DNA of 56,289 bases from Limisphaerales bacterium (GCA_044225505.1 JBGAIN010000035.1:1-56289), one strand, 5' to 3'; shown: positions 18,575-28,676, counted from the first letter of the stretch. The notes: generated by a model from the letters alone, not told the origin. Numbers and translations: made by a program.

Positions 18575-20017
18575 ATGAGCCAGTCGAACCATTGCGGCCG
18601 TTACGTCAACCGTCCCTTGACCCGTCGCGCGATGTTGGCGCGATGTGCCAATGGCTTTGGCGCTTTGGCCCTCTTGGGCTTGCTTGAAGACAGCCATCGG
18701 CGCGGGCCCATTGTCACCGCGGCCGAGGCCGCCGCCGACGCCCTGCCCCATTTTCCACCCAAAGTCCGGAATGTCATTTTCCTCTATATGGACGGTGGGC
18801 CGTCGCAGGTGGACACGTTTGACCCCAAGCCACTGCTCGAGAAGGAACACGGGCAGCCCTTCAAAATGAAGATGGAGCCCACTCAGTTCAACAACAACGG
18901 GAATACTCTCGCGAGTCCTTGGTCGTTTCGCCAATCGGGCTCCTGTGGCATGCCCATCAGCGACCTGTTCCCACGGCTCCGTGACTGTGCCGATGATCTT
19001 TGCGTCGTCCGTTCGATGGTCTCGACCTTTTCCGAACATACCAACGCCAACTACTTCCTGCATACAGGGTTAGGGCTATCCGGACGACCTAGCATGGGGG
19101 CATGGGTCAGCTACGGTTTGGGGAGTGAGAATCAAAACCTGCCCGGTTTCATCGTTCTGAACGGCGGGCTGGTTCCCCCGGGCGGGCTGGAAAACTTTGG
19201 CAGTGGTTTTTTGCCAGCCACGTATCAGGCTTCCCTGTTTCGCCCGAAGGCCCAGCCCGTGGCTAACATCCGGCCTCCTGAGGGCGACTTGAAGTTGCAG
19301 CAAAATAAACTCGCTCTGATGCGACGTTTGGATCTGGGCGTCGTCGAGCGAATGGGAGCCATGGATCAATTGGAATCCGCTATTTCAAACTATGAATTGG
19401 CGTTCCGCATGCAATCCGCCGTTCCCGAGCTCATGGAACTCACGGGCGAATCGGCCGCGACCCGGCAATTGTATGGCCTGGACGCTCCGTTCGAAGCGAC
19501 GCGGACATTTGGGATGCAGTGTTTGATTGCGCGACGTCTCGTCGAACGTGGGGTGCGTTTTATTGAGCTGACTTGCCCCGCGATCTCTGGCGATCGCTGG
19601 GACCAGCATGGCAATCTTAAGGCTGGCCATGAGAACAATGCCCGCGCGGAGGATCAGCCGATGGCCGGTCTTTTGAAAGATCTCAAATCACGCGGACTCC
19701 TTTCCCACACCCTGGTGGTTTGGGCCGGCGAGTTCGGGCGAACTCCCTTCGCTCAGGGTTCGGACGGCCGAGACCATAATCCATTCGGCTTTTCGATCTG
19801 GTTGGCGGGCGGCGGAGTGAAGCCCGGCATCGTCTATGGAGCGACCGACGACTACGGATACAAAGTCGTGGAAAATAAGGTCACGATTCACGATTTGCAT
19901 GCCACGATGCTTCACCTCTTGGGTGTCGACCACAAACGCCTGACATTCCGGTTTGGAGGGCGAGATATGCGTCTGACCGATGTGCACGGCGAGGTGGTGC
20001 ACGACATCCTGAGCTGA
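18575..20017 (+). CDS. DUF1501 family protein (Tat signal)
   Basis: LTRRAML twin-arginine; GGPSQVDTFDPKP; ARRLVERGVRF; WDQH; GEFGRTP; GRDHNP; HDLHATMLHLLG. Confidence 0.95.
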   Translation: MSQSNHCGRYVNRPLTRRAMLARCANGFGALALLGLLEDSHRRGPIVTAAEAAADALPHFPPKVRNVIFLYMDGGPSQVDTFDPKPLLEKEHGQPFKMKMEPTQFNNNGNTLASPWSFRQSGSCGMPISDLFPRLRDCADDLCVVRSMVSTFSEHTNANYFLHTGLGLSGRPSMGAWVSYGLGSENQNLPGFIVLNGGLVPPGGLENFGSGFLPATYQASLFRPKAQPVANIRPPEGDLKLQQNKLALMRRLDLGVVERMGAMDQLESAISNYELAFRMQSAVPELMELTGESAATRQLYGLDAPFEATRTFGMQCLIARRLVERGVRFIELTCPAISGDRWDQHGNLKAGHENNARAEDQPMAGLLKDLKSRGLLSHTLVVWAGEFGRTPFAQGSDGRDHNPFGFSIWLAGGGVKPGIVYGATDDYGYKVVENKVTIHDLHATMLHLLGVDHKRLTFRFGGRDMRLTDVHGEVVHDILS

Positions 20018-20174
20018 TCGGACGAGCTGGCCTGCCTGAGGTCTTCGGTGCCGTGCGAATGCGCCGTTGCGGTTGAACTCGCTAAAACAGCTGCGTCAAA
20101 CGTGGGTCACAGCCGCTTCGAATATCCCCTGGCCTTGACGCGTCTTATCCCTGTTTCCACTCAAACCAGAACCT

Positions 20175-20618
20175 ATGAATTCCAGATCAGCCGCCGCCAT
20201 TGGCTTGGCCATACTCGCTTTCGCCGTTTTTGTGCGTTTCCCGACACTGACGCGGAGCGCCGCCCTAAACACGTCTAACGCCACCCTCCCCCAGTTGTTG
20301 AATTTGCGCTACGAGACCGCGCGACGCCTCCTCGAGAGCGAGCAGATACGAATGCAGGAGGGGCGGTCTACCCTCCCGACCGTGTGCGAAGCGGCGCGCC
20401 GCGTCCGTGATTCCGCCATCGAGCTGCCGTTGAGCACGGCCCAGCGCTTGATGGCTCTGACCAACTACGTGAACCTCACTCGGCGCTTGGAGGAGAACGT
20501 CACCCAAGTGGTGGAAAAGGGCGTGGCCCCTCCCTCCGACCAGGACCTTGCCTCCTATCTGCGGTTGGACGCCGAAATCGCCTTGCTCCGGCTTCAAAGC
20601 CAAAGTCCGACGCCCTGA
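20175..20618 (+). CDS. hypothetical exported alpha-helical protein
   Basis: N-terminal hydrophobic segment, then helical-hairpin-like sequence ending RLDAEIALLRL. Confidence 0.65.
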   Translation: MNSRSAAAIGLAILAFAVFVRFPTLTRSAALNTSNATLPQLLNLRYETARRLLESEQIRMQEGRSTLPTVCEAARRVRDSAIELPLSTAQRLMALTNYVNLTRRLEENVTQVVEKGVAPPSDQDLASYLRLDAEIALLRLQSQSPTP

Positions 20619-20629
20619 GTTCAGCGCTC

Positions 20630-21547
20630 TCAAGCACGACGCAATGCGATAGCCCCAGCTCCAACGATCCCGGCGTCATTGCCTAACACCGCGTGCGCCA
20701 CGGAGACGGCCGCTGGGGTAAATTGCGTTCCCAGCGCCAGCCGCTTTCGGATGACCCCAGCGAACAAGTCGAAATGTTCGTCCATGATCCCCCCGCCAAG
20801 GACAAGCCTCTCCGGCAAGAAGGTATGGCAAATTGTCCAGGCCGCCGAAGCGGATGCGTCGAGAGCCCGGTCAATAATCCGCTGCGCTTCAGGTTGGCCA
20901 AGCCGCGCGGCCGCAAACACCGCCGGTCCGCTCGCGAAACCCGCCTCTTTCCCCGCGGCGGCGATCGCCGTGCCGGAGGCGGTCGACTCCAGGCAACCGC
21001 GAATCCCGCAGTAGCACTCGGGACCCTCGGGCCTTACCGGAACGTGGCCTATCTCCGGGTGTTCACCACGCACACCCCGGTAAATCTCTGATCGGACAAC
21101 GGCTGCACCGCCAATTCCCGTCCCAAAGGTGAGCATCACGACCGGATCGAACCCTTTCCCTGCTCCATACGCACACTCCCCCAGGGCCGCCGCATCGGCA
21201 TCGTTTTCCAGAAATACCCCCACCCCAAACCGCTCGCGCAGCGGTCGCACGATATCGCACCGATCCCAGCCGGTCAGCGTGTAGGGATTGTTGATCCATC
21301 CGCGCTGCGAATCCAGGGGGCCGGCGCATCCGATCCCGATCCCAACGAGGGGTCGTTTCGTCCGCCCGTGGACCAGAACTCGCGTAATAGCTTCGATCAA
21401 GCGCTGGACGGCTCGATCAAACCCCAGCGCCGCTTCGGTCGGCAGGATCTCCCTGCCCACGATTGTGCCGGTCTCATGGATGGCGGCCACGGCCATCTTC
21501 GTTCCACCGATATCGATCCCAATGGCGACCTGATCTTCTTGTTCCAC
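20630..21547 (-). CDS. ROK family sugar kinase (glucokinase-like)
   Basis: IGIDIGGTK, ENDADAAALGE, GTGIGG, EIGH, CYCGIRGCLE zinc motif; no N-terminal HTH. Confidence 0.93.
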   Translation of the reverse strand: MEQEDQVAIGIDIGGTKMAVAAIHETGTIVGREILPTEAALGFDRAVQRLIEAITRVLVHGRTKRPLVGIGIGCAGPLDSQRGWINNPYTLTGWDRCDIVRPLRERFGVGVFLENDADAAALGECAYGAGKGFDPVVMLTFGTGIGGAAVVRSEIYRGVRGEHPEIGHVPVRPEGPECYCGIRGCLESTASGTAIAAAGKEAGFASGPAVFAAARLGQPEAQRIIDRALDASASAAWTICHTFLPERLVLGGGIMDEHFDLFAGVIRKRLALGTQFTPAAVSVAHAVLGNDAGIVGAGAIALRRA

Positions 21548-21637
21548 CCCACCACCCTAGCGAGAGCCGCGGGAAAAATCATGCTCAGAGCGGCGCCTGC
21601 CATTCTGCCAGAGCTGCCGGATGCTGTCGCCCTAGAT

Positions 21638-21769
21638 TCGATCAGCCTTCGATCAGGTCTCGATCAGGTCTCGATCAGGTCTCGATCAGGTCTCGATCAG
21701 GTCTCGATCAGTGTTTGGTCAACTTTTGGTGAGTCTTCGTTCAAGATTGGGTCAGGTTTCGTTCTGACG
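21638..21769. repeat. 11-bp tandem repeat TCGATCAGGTC (5 perfect copies 21649-21703) with degenerate in-phase extension
   Basis: Units tcgatcagcct, 5x tcgatcaggtc, tcgatcagtgt, ttggtcaactt, ttggtgagtct, tcgttcaagat, tgggtcaggtt, tcgttctgacg. Confidence 0.9.
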
Positions 21770-21960
21770 TCGTTTGTTAGACGGTCCCGACCGACAGTGA
21801 GCAGCGTCTGATCGGAGTCTGAGCGGGCCCTGATCAAACGCTTGACGGCGGGCGAGCCGGAAAAATGCCCCCAACGTGCTCCTAACCGACGCTGCGTGGC
21901 ACTCGGACCACTCGTCAAAAGTCCTTGCGACACGAGAAGTTGAATATAATCTAGTGTGTC

Positions 21961-23076
21961 ATGAAATCCCTGGTTCTCGCGCTCAGTGGTGCTTTTCTAT
22001 TGGTCCTGGGTTGTGCTGCTGCGGAAACACCGCCCATTCTGCCGCTTGGCGCCGCCGCACCGGATTTCGATCTCCCTGGTGTGGACGGCCGCCGCTACTC
22101 GTTGCGCGACTTCGCCTCAGCCCGAGTCCTGATGATCGTCTTTACGTGCAACCATTGTCCCACGGCACAGTATTACGAAGAACGTCTCAAGAGTTTGGCG
22201 CGTGAGTACACCCCCAAAGGCGTCGCCATGGTGGCGATCATGCCGAACGATCCGAAGTCAGTTCGATTGGATGAACTCGGTTGGACGGACTTAAGTGACT
22301 CCTTCGGGGAAATGAAGATCCGAGCGCGGGATAAACAGTTCAACTTCCCCTATCTTTACGATGGAGACTCTGAAAGTGTCTCACGCGTTTACGGACCTGC
22401 CGCGACGCCTCACGTGTTTATTTTCGATCAGGAGCGGAAGCTGCGTTATGTCGGGCGCATTGACGATTCCGAGCGAGAGCAATTCGTTAAAGTGCACGAT
22501 GCGCGCAACGCATTGGAGGCGTTATTGGAGGGAAAAGACCCAGCCACGAAGCAGACGAAAGTGGTCGGGTGTTCGGTGAAGTGGGCGGGCAAGGCGGACA
22601 ACGTCAAGGCCTATATGGAAAAACTGGCAGCCGAATCGGTGAGCGTGACGCAAATCGACAGCGCCGGGCTCGAGGGGTTGCGCAAGAACGGCAGCGGCAA
22701 ATTTCGCCTGGTGAACTTCTGGGCGACCTGGTGTGCGCCTTGCCTGGCGGAATTCGACGAATTCGTAACCATTCACCGCATGTATCGTCACCGGGATTTC
22801 GAACTCGTCACAGTTGCGCTCAATCGGCCGGATGAGGAGAAAAACGTTCTGGACGTGCTGCGGAAGCATCAAGCCTCCAATCGCAATTACCTCTTCGGCA
22901 GTACGGAGCGAGAGGCGCTGATCAATGCTTTTGATCCGGACTGGTCCGGGGCGGTGCCATTTACGGTCTTGCTTTCACCCGAAGGCAAAGTGGTTTACCG
23001 CGAGGTTGGAAGTATCGATGCCTTGGCCGCAAAGCGCGCCATCGTCCAAGCGATGAACGAGCGAAAGCCATGGTGA
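21961..23076 (+). CDS. exported tandem thioredoxin-fold protein (AhpC/TSA-like redoxin + TlpA-like domain)
   Basis: Signal peptide; APDFDLPG..FTCNHCP..GCSVKW in domain 1; VNFWATWCAPC in domain 2. Confidence 0.9.
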   Translation: MKSLVLALSGAFLLVLGCAAAETPPILPLGAAAPDFDLPGVDGRRYSLRDFASARVLMIVFTCNHCPTAQYYEERLKSLAREYTPKGVAMVAIMPNDPKSVRLDELGWTDLSDSFGEMKIRARDKQFNFPYLYDGDSESVSRVYGPAATPHVFIFDQERKLRYVGRIDDSEREQFVKVHDARNALEALLEGKDPATKQTKVVGCSVKWAGKADNVKAYMEKLAAESVSVTQIDSAGLEGLRKNGSGKFRLVNFWATWCAPCLAEFDEFVTIHRMYRHRDFELVTVALNRPDEEKNVLDVLRKHQASNRNYLFGSTEREALINAFDPDWSGAVPFTVLLSPEGKVVYREVGSIDALAAKRAIVQAMNERKPW

Positions 23077-23206
23077 GCGCGGCGTGGACTGTGCAGTGCC
23101 CGGAGCGACCCGGGAGCTGGGCATGGCAACTCGGCAAAGGTTTTCGTTGGTCCTCAGGAAAGCTTCGGAGTGGACTGGAGCGAGGTGACCATCTATAAAT
23201 TTGCTG

Positions 23207-24481
23207 ATGACTGACCCGAACCACCCTGGCGATGCCTCGTCGAAAAAGAGGCGTGCCACCCGGACATCCTCGCCCAAGGCGATGGCTGTCTTCAGCGCCT
23301 GTGCTCTGGCTCAGGGCGCCGCTGTCGCTCAGTCGTTTCAGGACGATCTTGCTTTCCTAAAAGCTCACACCGACGTGATCGTCCTGTCTGATGCGACTGG
23401 GAAAGCGAAGGTTGCGGTCGTCCCGTCCATGCAAGGGCGCGTGATCACGAGTACCGCGCAAGGCGACTCAGGGACGAGTTTTGGCTGGATGAATCGTGAC
23501 CTGATCGCGGCGCGCAAGTTGCAGCCGCATATCAACGTCTTCGGAGGCGAAGACCGATTTTGGATGGGGCCTGAGGGGGGACAATTCTCCATCTTCTTTG
23601 CCAAGGGCGTTCCCTTTGACCTGGAGCACTGGTACACTCCGGCGCCGCTTGACACGGAGCCTTTTGAGATGGTCGAGCAAAGCCGTTCGCGAGCCCTCTT
23701 TCGAAAGGCGATGACCTTAACGAACTACTCCGGCACGCGCTTTGACGTCGCTGTCAATCGCACCGTCGAAGTTCTCAAAACGCAAGATGTGTGGGAGCGC
23801 TTGGGGGTTACCCCGGCCGTGGGCGTCGATGTCGTCGGTTTTGAATCCATTAATCGCATTCGGAACGCGGGCTCGTTGACGTGGCAAAAACAGACAGGCC
23901 TTCTCTCTATCTGGATTCTCGGGATGTTTACCCCCTCCCTAACCACTACCATCGTCGTTCCGGTTCGACCCGGGCCGGAGGAGACGTTAGGAAAGGTCGT
24001 GACGTCGGACTATTTTGGGCCGATCGCTCCGGAACGACTGGCGGTAAAAGACAACGTGATCTACTTCAAAGGAGACGGCCGATCTCGGGGGAAAATCGGT
24101 GTGAACCCACTGCGATGCCAACCGATTCTCGGGAGTTATGACCACGCGCTCAAGATCCTGACCCTCGTTCAATTTACTTTGCCGCCGGGCGAGACGAATT
24201 ACGTGAATTCGCTCTGGCAAATCCAAAATCAGCCTTATGGCGGTGACGCGCTTAACAGCTATAACGATGGCCCCGCCTCGCCAGGGGCGAAGCCATTGGG
24301 CCCCTTCTATGAGATGGAATCGTCATCCCCAGCCGCGGATCTAGCCCCGGGCGCAACCCTGGATCATGTTCATCGCACGATCCACCTGGTTGGGCCCGAA
24401 GCGGAGCTGGATCGAATCGCCCGCGCGACCCTTGGAGTTGGCTTGAATACGATCGTCGCGGCGCTCCCTCGCGAGCGCTAG
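23207..24481 (+). CDS. DUF6786-like exported protein
   Basis: QGRVITST, FGGEDRFWMGPEGGQFSIFF, NSYNDGP, GPFYEMESSSPAA; start uncertain (23207 or 23282). Confidence 0.75.
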   Translation: MTDPNHPGDASSKKRRATRTSSPKAMAVFSACALAQGAAVAQSFQDDLAFLKAHTDVIVLSDATGKAKVAVVPSMQGRVITSTAQGDSGTSFGWMNRDLIAARKLQPHINVFGGEDRFWMGPEGGQFSIFFAKGVPFDLEHWYTPAPLDTEPFEMVEQSRSRALFRKAMTLTNYSGTRFDVAVNRTVEVLKTQDVWERLGVTPAVGVDVVGFESINRIRNAGSLTWQKQTGLLSIWILGMFTPSLTTTIVVPVRPGPEETLGKVVTSDYFGPIAPERLAVKDNVIYFKGDGRSRGKIGVNPLRCQPILGSYDHALKILTLVQFTLPPGETNYVNSLWQIQNQPYGGDALNSYNDGPASPGAKPLGPFYEMESSSPAADLAPGATLDHVHRTIHLVGPEAELDRIARATLGVGLNTIVAALPRER

Positions 24482-24503
24482 CACTGGATTTCGGCGTAGC
24501 CGA

Positions 24504-26060
24504 TTATTCCAAGTATAGACCAAACTCCGCTAACGTCGGGCGCACCCTCGCATTGGTGAAACGAACTCGGACCCGGTCCGCTTCCACGGTGGGGAAGCGC
24601 AGCAACCGTTTATAGCCAACTGTGGTTGCGCGAGCGAGTTCCTTCCATTCACCGTCAATCCAGGCGTCAACCGTGACTCCTTCAATGCGCTGGCCCTCGT
24701 GAATCTGCTCCTGCAGCGAAACAATATTAAAGCGTCGGCGAGCTGCTAACTGGTAGATGACTTCTGCCGATGCTTCCCAGTCATCCGTCGTCCAGAAACT
24801 CTCCACGTCGCCATCCACGCTGCGCTTGGCCTCAAATCCGGGCAGATCCGACCGGGTTTTGGATGCGATCGCGCTGGCGCCCGCCGCCAGATTCGTGGCG
24901 AAAGTCGATCGGACCCAATCCCCAAACTCACGCAAGCGAGCCGCATCGGATTCGTGAATCCGACCTCGGCGATCGGGGGGCACGTTTAAGAGCAAGACGG
25001 CGTTATTTCCGACAGACGCAAAATAGATATCACGCAGCGCGTCCAGCGACTTCACTTTACCATTTTCCTTCTCGTGCCAGAACCACCCAGGGCGAATGGA
25101 AACGTCCACTTCACTCGGATACCAATGAAGATCCACAGCGCCGCGCAGCTTCTCGATACTCCCCAGGTCTTGTCCGGTCATGTCGGGCCAGTCGAACGAA
25201 TCGGCCACAACGGGTAAAGGAATAACGCTCCACTCGCTCACGCGCCCCTTCCCCGCTTCGTTGCCGCACCATCGGACATCAGGTCCTTTTCCGAAGATCA
25301 CTGCATTCGGTTGAAGTTCGCGAATGAGGCGGTACCAATCCGCGTAGGCATAGCGCTGCTCGGTGCCGGGTTTGGGATTGGCGCCGTCGAACCAAACTTC
25401 GGAGATCTCGCCATAACCGGTGAGAAGCTCGAAGAGTTGGTTCAAGAAATAGGTATTGTACTCATCCCAGACGCCCTCCATTCGAAATGGATTGGCCGTA
25501 GCTGGCCCGGCGACTGGAGTTGGAATCACTCGCTTCTCAGACTTGGTTTTGCCATAGACACCTTTCTCAATGGCGTTGAGATCTGCCGGAGAGAGATACA
25601 GGCCGAGTTTAACGCCTGCGGTTCGGCAGGCGGATGCCAGTTCTGCGACCACATCGCCATGGCCACCGCGCCATGGGGAGTTTTTTACCGAGTGTTCGGT
25701 GTAGCGGCTGGGCCAAAGGCAAAAACCGTCGTGATGCTTGGCGGTGAGGATGATTTGCCTCATGCCGGCGGCCTGGAGCGCCTCCACCCACTGTCGACAA
25801 TCCAGATCGGTTGGATTGAAGAGATCTTCCTTTTCCGCGCCCGTTCCCCATTCACGGTCGGAGAAGGTGTTCGGTCCGAAATGGACGAACGCAGTTAATT
25901 CTCGTTGTTGCCAATGCCACTGCCGATCGCTTGGGCGCACCCGCACCGCGCGCTCGAGCAAAGCGCGATCGGCAGGAGCGGGTGAAAGTGCCTGGGGGTC
26001 GGCGGCGATTCCCGACAACAAGGGAACCGAGAGAAAAGCAAGGATAGCACGCTGCAACAT
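24504..26060 (-). CDS. alpha-L-fucosidase (GH29) with C-terminal F5/8 type C (CBM32-like) domain
   Basis: FVHFGPNTF, LTAKHHDGFCLWPS, VWFDGA (nucleophile Asp), EVDVSIRPGWF, GQRIE..TVGYKRL; signal peptide. Confidence 0.93.
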   Translation of the reverse strand: MLQRAILAFLSVPLLSGIAADPQALSPAPADRALLERAVRVRPSDRQWHWQQRELTAFVHFGPNTFSDREWGTGAEKEDLFNPTDLDCRQWVEALQAAGMRQIILTAKHHDGFCLWPSRYTEHSVKNSPWRGGHGDVVAELASACRTAGVKLGLYLSPADLNAIEKGVYGKTKSEKRVIPTPVAGPATANPFRMEGVWDEYNTYFLNQLFELLTGYGEISEVWFDGANPKPGTEQRYAYADWYRLIRELQPNAVIFGKGPDVRWCGNEAGKGRVSEWSVIPLPVVADSFDWPDMTGQDLGSIEKLRGAVDLHWYPSEVDVSIRPGWFWHEKENGKVKSLDALRDIYFASVGNNAVLLLNVPPDRRGRIHESDAARLREFGDWVRSTFATNLAAGASAIASKTRSDLPGFEAKRSVDGDVESFWTTDDWEASAEVIYQLAARRRFNIVSLQEQIHEGQRIEGVTVDAWIDGEWKELARATTVGYKRLLRFPTVEADRVRVRFTNARVRPTLAEFGLYLE

Positions 26061-26200
26061 GAGATGATCATAAACACTCCCAGGTCAGGAGGGAATCCGG
26101 ATTTCCCGGAGCAACGGGAGAGCGCCCGTTGGGGAATTCCAGCCTTCGGACTTGTGAAGAAAGTAACTTTGAGGTCTGCTCAAGGAACAAACCTGCGGCT

Positions 26201-26905
26201 ATGGAGTGGCTCGATACAGATTGGCGACTGCTCATGCCTAGTACATGGGCTCACCTAGCCCTTGCCTTGGTGGCGATCCTCTGCGGCGCTATCATCGGAT
26301 CCGAACGCGAGAAACGGGAAAAGCCAGCGGGCATACGAACGTTGATATTGGTTTGTCTTGGATCAACCACGTTCACAATGGTCTCCTTTGCCTTCGGGAC
26401 CACCACGGGGGATACCGGGCGCGTGGCGGCGCAGATCGTGACTGGAATCGGATTTTTGGGCGGCGGAGTGATTCTGCACGGTCGGACGGAAGTCAGCGGG
26501 ATTACCACGGCAGCGACGGTGTGGGCCACCGCTGCCATGGGCGTCGTTATTGGGGTGGGTCAGGTGGGCGCTGGCCTTGGGCTGAGCTTTCTTATTCGCG
26601 GTGTCCTCACTGGTGTTTACTGGTTAGAACACCGAGAAAGCAGCGATTTGCCTAGTGTCCAAGTTGAGATGCTCGTGGAGCCGGACGGAGGAAAAGCTCT
26701 CATTCGCATCGAGCGACTTCTGGACGAGTTCCGGCTCGCTAACACTCTTAAGCTGTTGCCAGCTGAGCGAGGTGATTTCTTAAGGCTGGAGTGCAAGGTT
26801 CAGTTGTCGAGGCGTCACCGACTTGATTTACTCAATCAACTCGCTGAAATGCAGGAAGTTCGAGAGCTGCGCCAATATCCGGACCCGTTTGTGACGACCC
26901 GTTGA
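26201..26905 (+). CDS. MgtC/SapB family membrane protein
   Basis: IGSERE..KPAGIRT, RVAAQIVTGIGFLGGG, GITTAATVW. Confidence 0.93.
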   Translation: MEWLDTDWRLLMPSTWAHLALALVAILCGAIIGSEREKREKPAGIRTLILVCLGSTTFTMVSFAFGTTTGDTGRVAAQIVTGIGFLGGGVILHGRTEVSGITTAATVWATAAMGVVIGVGQVGAGLGLSFLIRGVLTGVYWLEHRESSDLPSVQVEMLVEPDGGKALIRIERLLDEFRLANTLKLLPAERGDFLRLECKVQLSRRHRLDLLNQLAEMQEVRELRQYPDPFVTTR

Positions 26906-27115
26906 ACCGGGGCGTAGTTGGCGAAGTACGTAACCCGCCCCTCCTTGGGCAGCGGGTTCAGCGTTGAAGAAGAGGCGTTTCTGCGTCTAACGCTTTCCTT
27001 TCTAGCAGGCCGGGCGGTGGTGCCAATCAGGGGAGACCCTGAAAGATGCCTCGTGCGATCTGATTACCAAGCACCAGACGCCGGTGACGTGCCTGTCGTT
27101 CTCTCTGGCGATCCA

Positions 27116-27502
27116 CTAGCGCCAGCGGATATCAACCCCCTCGGCCTTGCCGTCCAGTTGGTCTCGCACCGACTTCACGCGATTAGCGACGAGCCGCTTT
27201 AGCTGATGGACCGGCGCTTTAGGCCCTTCCGGCTCGCCGTCTCGCGGGCCGTCAATCCAGTTCGTACTCACGGCCAGGTCAAAGCGATGCAGTCGGAAAT
27301 CCGACTCAGCGGCAATCGCCGGGCGAATGATCGCAGCGAGTTCGTCGATCTGCTGAGAGATCCGGTTTGTTCTAAATAAGTCGTGCAGTGCAAACTCCAG
27401 CTTGCGGCGATAGATTGACCGGAAATCCTCCACCTTGAGCACACGGTTGAGAAAGCGATGATCGTAAGTGCTGGGCTGCATTCTATGGCGAGATTAGCAC
27501 GG
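27116..27502 (-). pseudogene. C-terminal remnant of a CotH-family protein
   Basis: RFLNRVLKVEDFRSIYRRKL..QIDELAAIIRPAIAAES..LKRLVANRVKSVRDQLDG resembles CotH C-terminal helices; upstream RANLAI lies in another frame and no catalytic WDxD region is present. Confidence 0.55.
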
Positions 27503-27765
27503 GGATGATGGTCCCCGGCCATGGCCGGGCGGGTGCTGCTAACTCTGGCCTGCTGTTTCAGCCAACGAGTGCCCGAGAATCGAGTGAGCTGTGATGGCAT
27601 TCAACAGCTCCGTGCACCACCGGCAGCAGCGAAACGACCACCGCTGCGTAGTCCTCGCCGCCCGGGGCGAGTCGGCGTGCTCGCCGAAGCTGTCGGACAG
27701 TGGTTAATTCGAGTGCGGACCTGTTAGCGCCTGGAAGCTCGGTTTCCATCGCTGTGCCGTGCCGA

Positions 27766-28551
27766 TTACAGATCTGACTTACCTGTAGTGATTAGGTAAT
27801 GAACGGTCACATTGGCTTCAACGCGCACGTCTCCAGGCTCTACCGGTGTCGATTGATCTGCCGCCGCCAGGCGCATTCGTGCAATCTCCATCCTGGGCTG
27901 GATCAGGATGCACTCCGCCTTCCACCACCTCCTGCACGCCCTTCAACCTTACTCCCATCGCTTCGGCGATGGTTTCGGCCTTCGTCCGCGCCTCGGCCAC
28001 CGCGCGCTGAAGTGCCGCGCGTTTAGACTCTCGATCGTCCTTTAATTGGAACGAGACACCTTGGATCTCATTGGCTCCGACGGCAAGGGCGGCATCTAAA
28101 ATCTTTCCCACCAGCGCCAAGTCCTGTGTTTCTACCTGGACAATGTTGCGCGCCCGGTATCCGACAACGCGGGGACGGCTCGGCTCGCGTCCTCGGTCGA
28201 GCTGTTCGTAAACCGGGGACAAAGAAAGTCCGGAAGTTTTTATGCTGTTCTCCGCCAGCTTGAGGTTTCGTAAGGCTTTTAGCGTGCGTTGCAGGACTTC
28301 GTTTACCTGGGTTTGCGCGGCGGCGGCGTCTTTATCGTCAAGGGTCACACCGAGTTGGACCACCGCTAAATCGGGTGTGGTCGACGATTCTCCCGCCCGT
28401 TTACTGTTAGAGTCGGCCGACTTTCTTGTCGAAGGATGGTGCCCTCTTGTGCGCGGGTCGTCATCCAGGAAGCCATCAAAACGGCAACCAAAGCGGCCAT
28501 GGACAGTCTGGTGATTCCAAAGCGTGTGTTCGTTGGCAAAGGTATTTTCAT
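27766..28551 (-). pseudogene. SIMPL/DUF541 (YggE-like) periplasmic protein with two frameshifts
   Basis: Signal peptide + TLTVNG in ORF 28366-28551; GESSTTPDLAVVQLGV..IKTSGLSLSPVY..GANEIQGVSF..AVAEARTKAE in ORF 27818-28621; tail PVEPGDVRVEANVTVHY..TAA (27766) in the first frame; shifts near 28393 and 27910. Confidence 0.8.
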
Positions 28552-28676
28552 AAAAACAGTTTAGCCTAAAACCGCGAAAAGCGCTCGTTTCCAAACCAAC
28601 CCACTTCGCGTTCGGGTGCAAGCATATAAATGCGTGACTTCTAGCGCTTAGACTGGTCTAACTCGCAGGTCCTTAT

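Noticed and set aside
18053..19063. 336-aa minus-strand ORF (also 44453-45541 and other long antisense ORFs)
   Set aside because: They overlap well-supported genes on the opposite strand and have no recognisable motifs; expected in GC-rich DNA
21638..21769. CRISPR array
   Set aside because: Units are 11 bp, directly abutting, with no spacers and no cas genes
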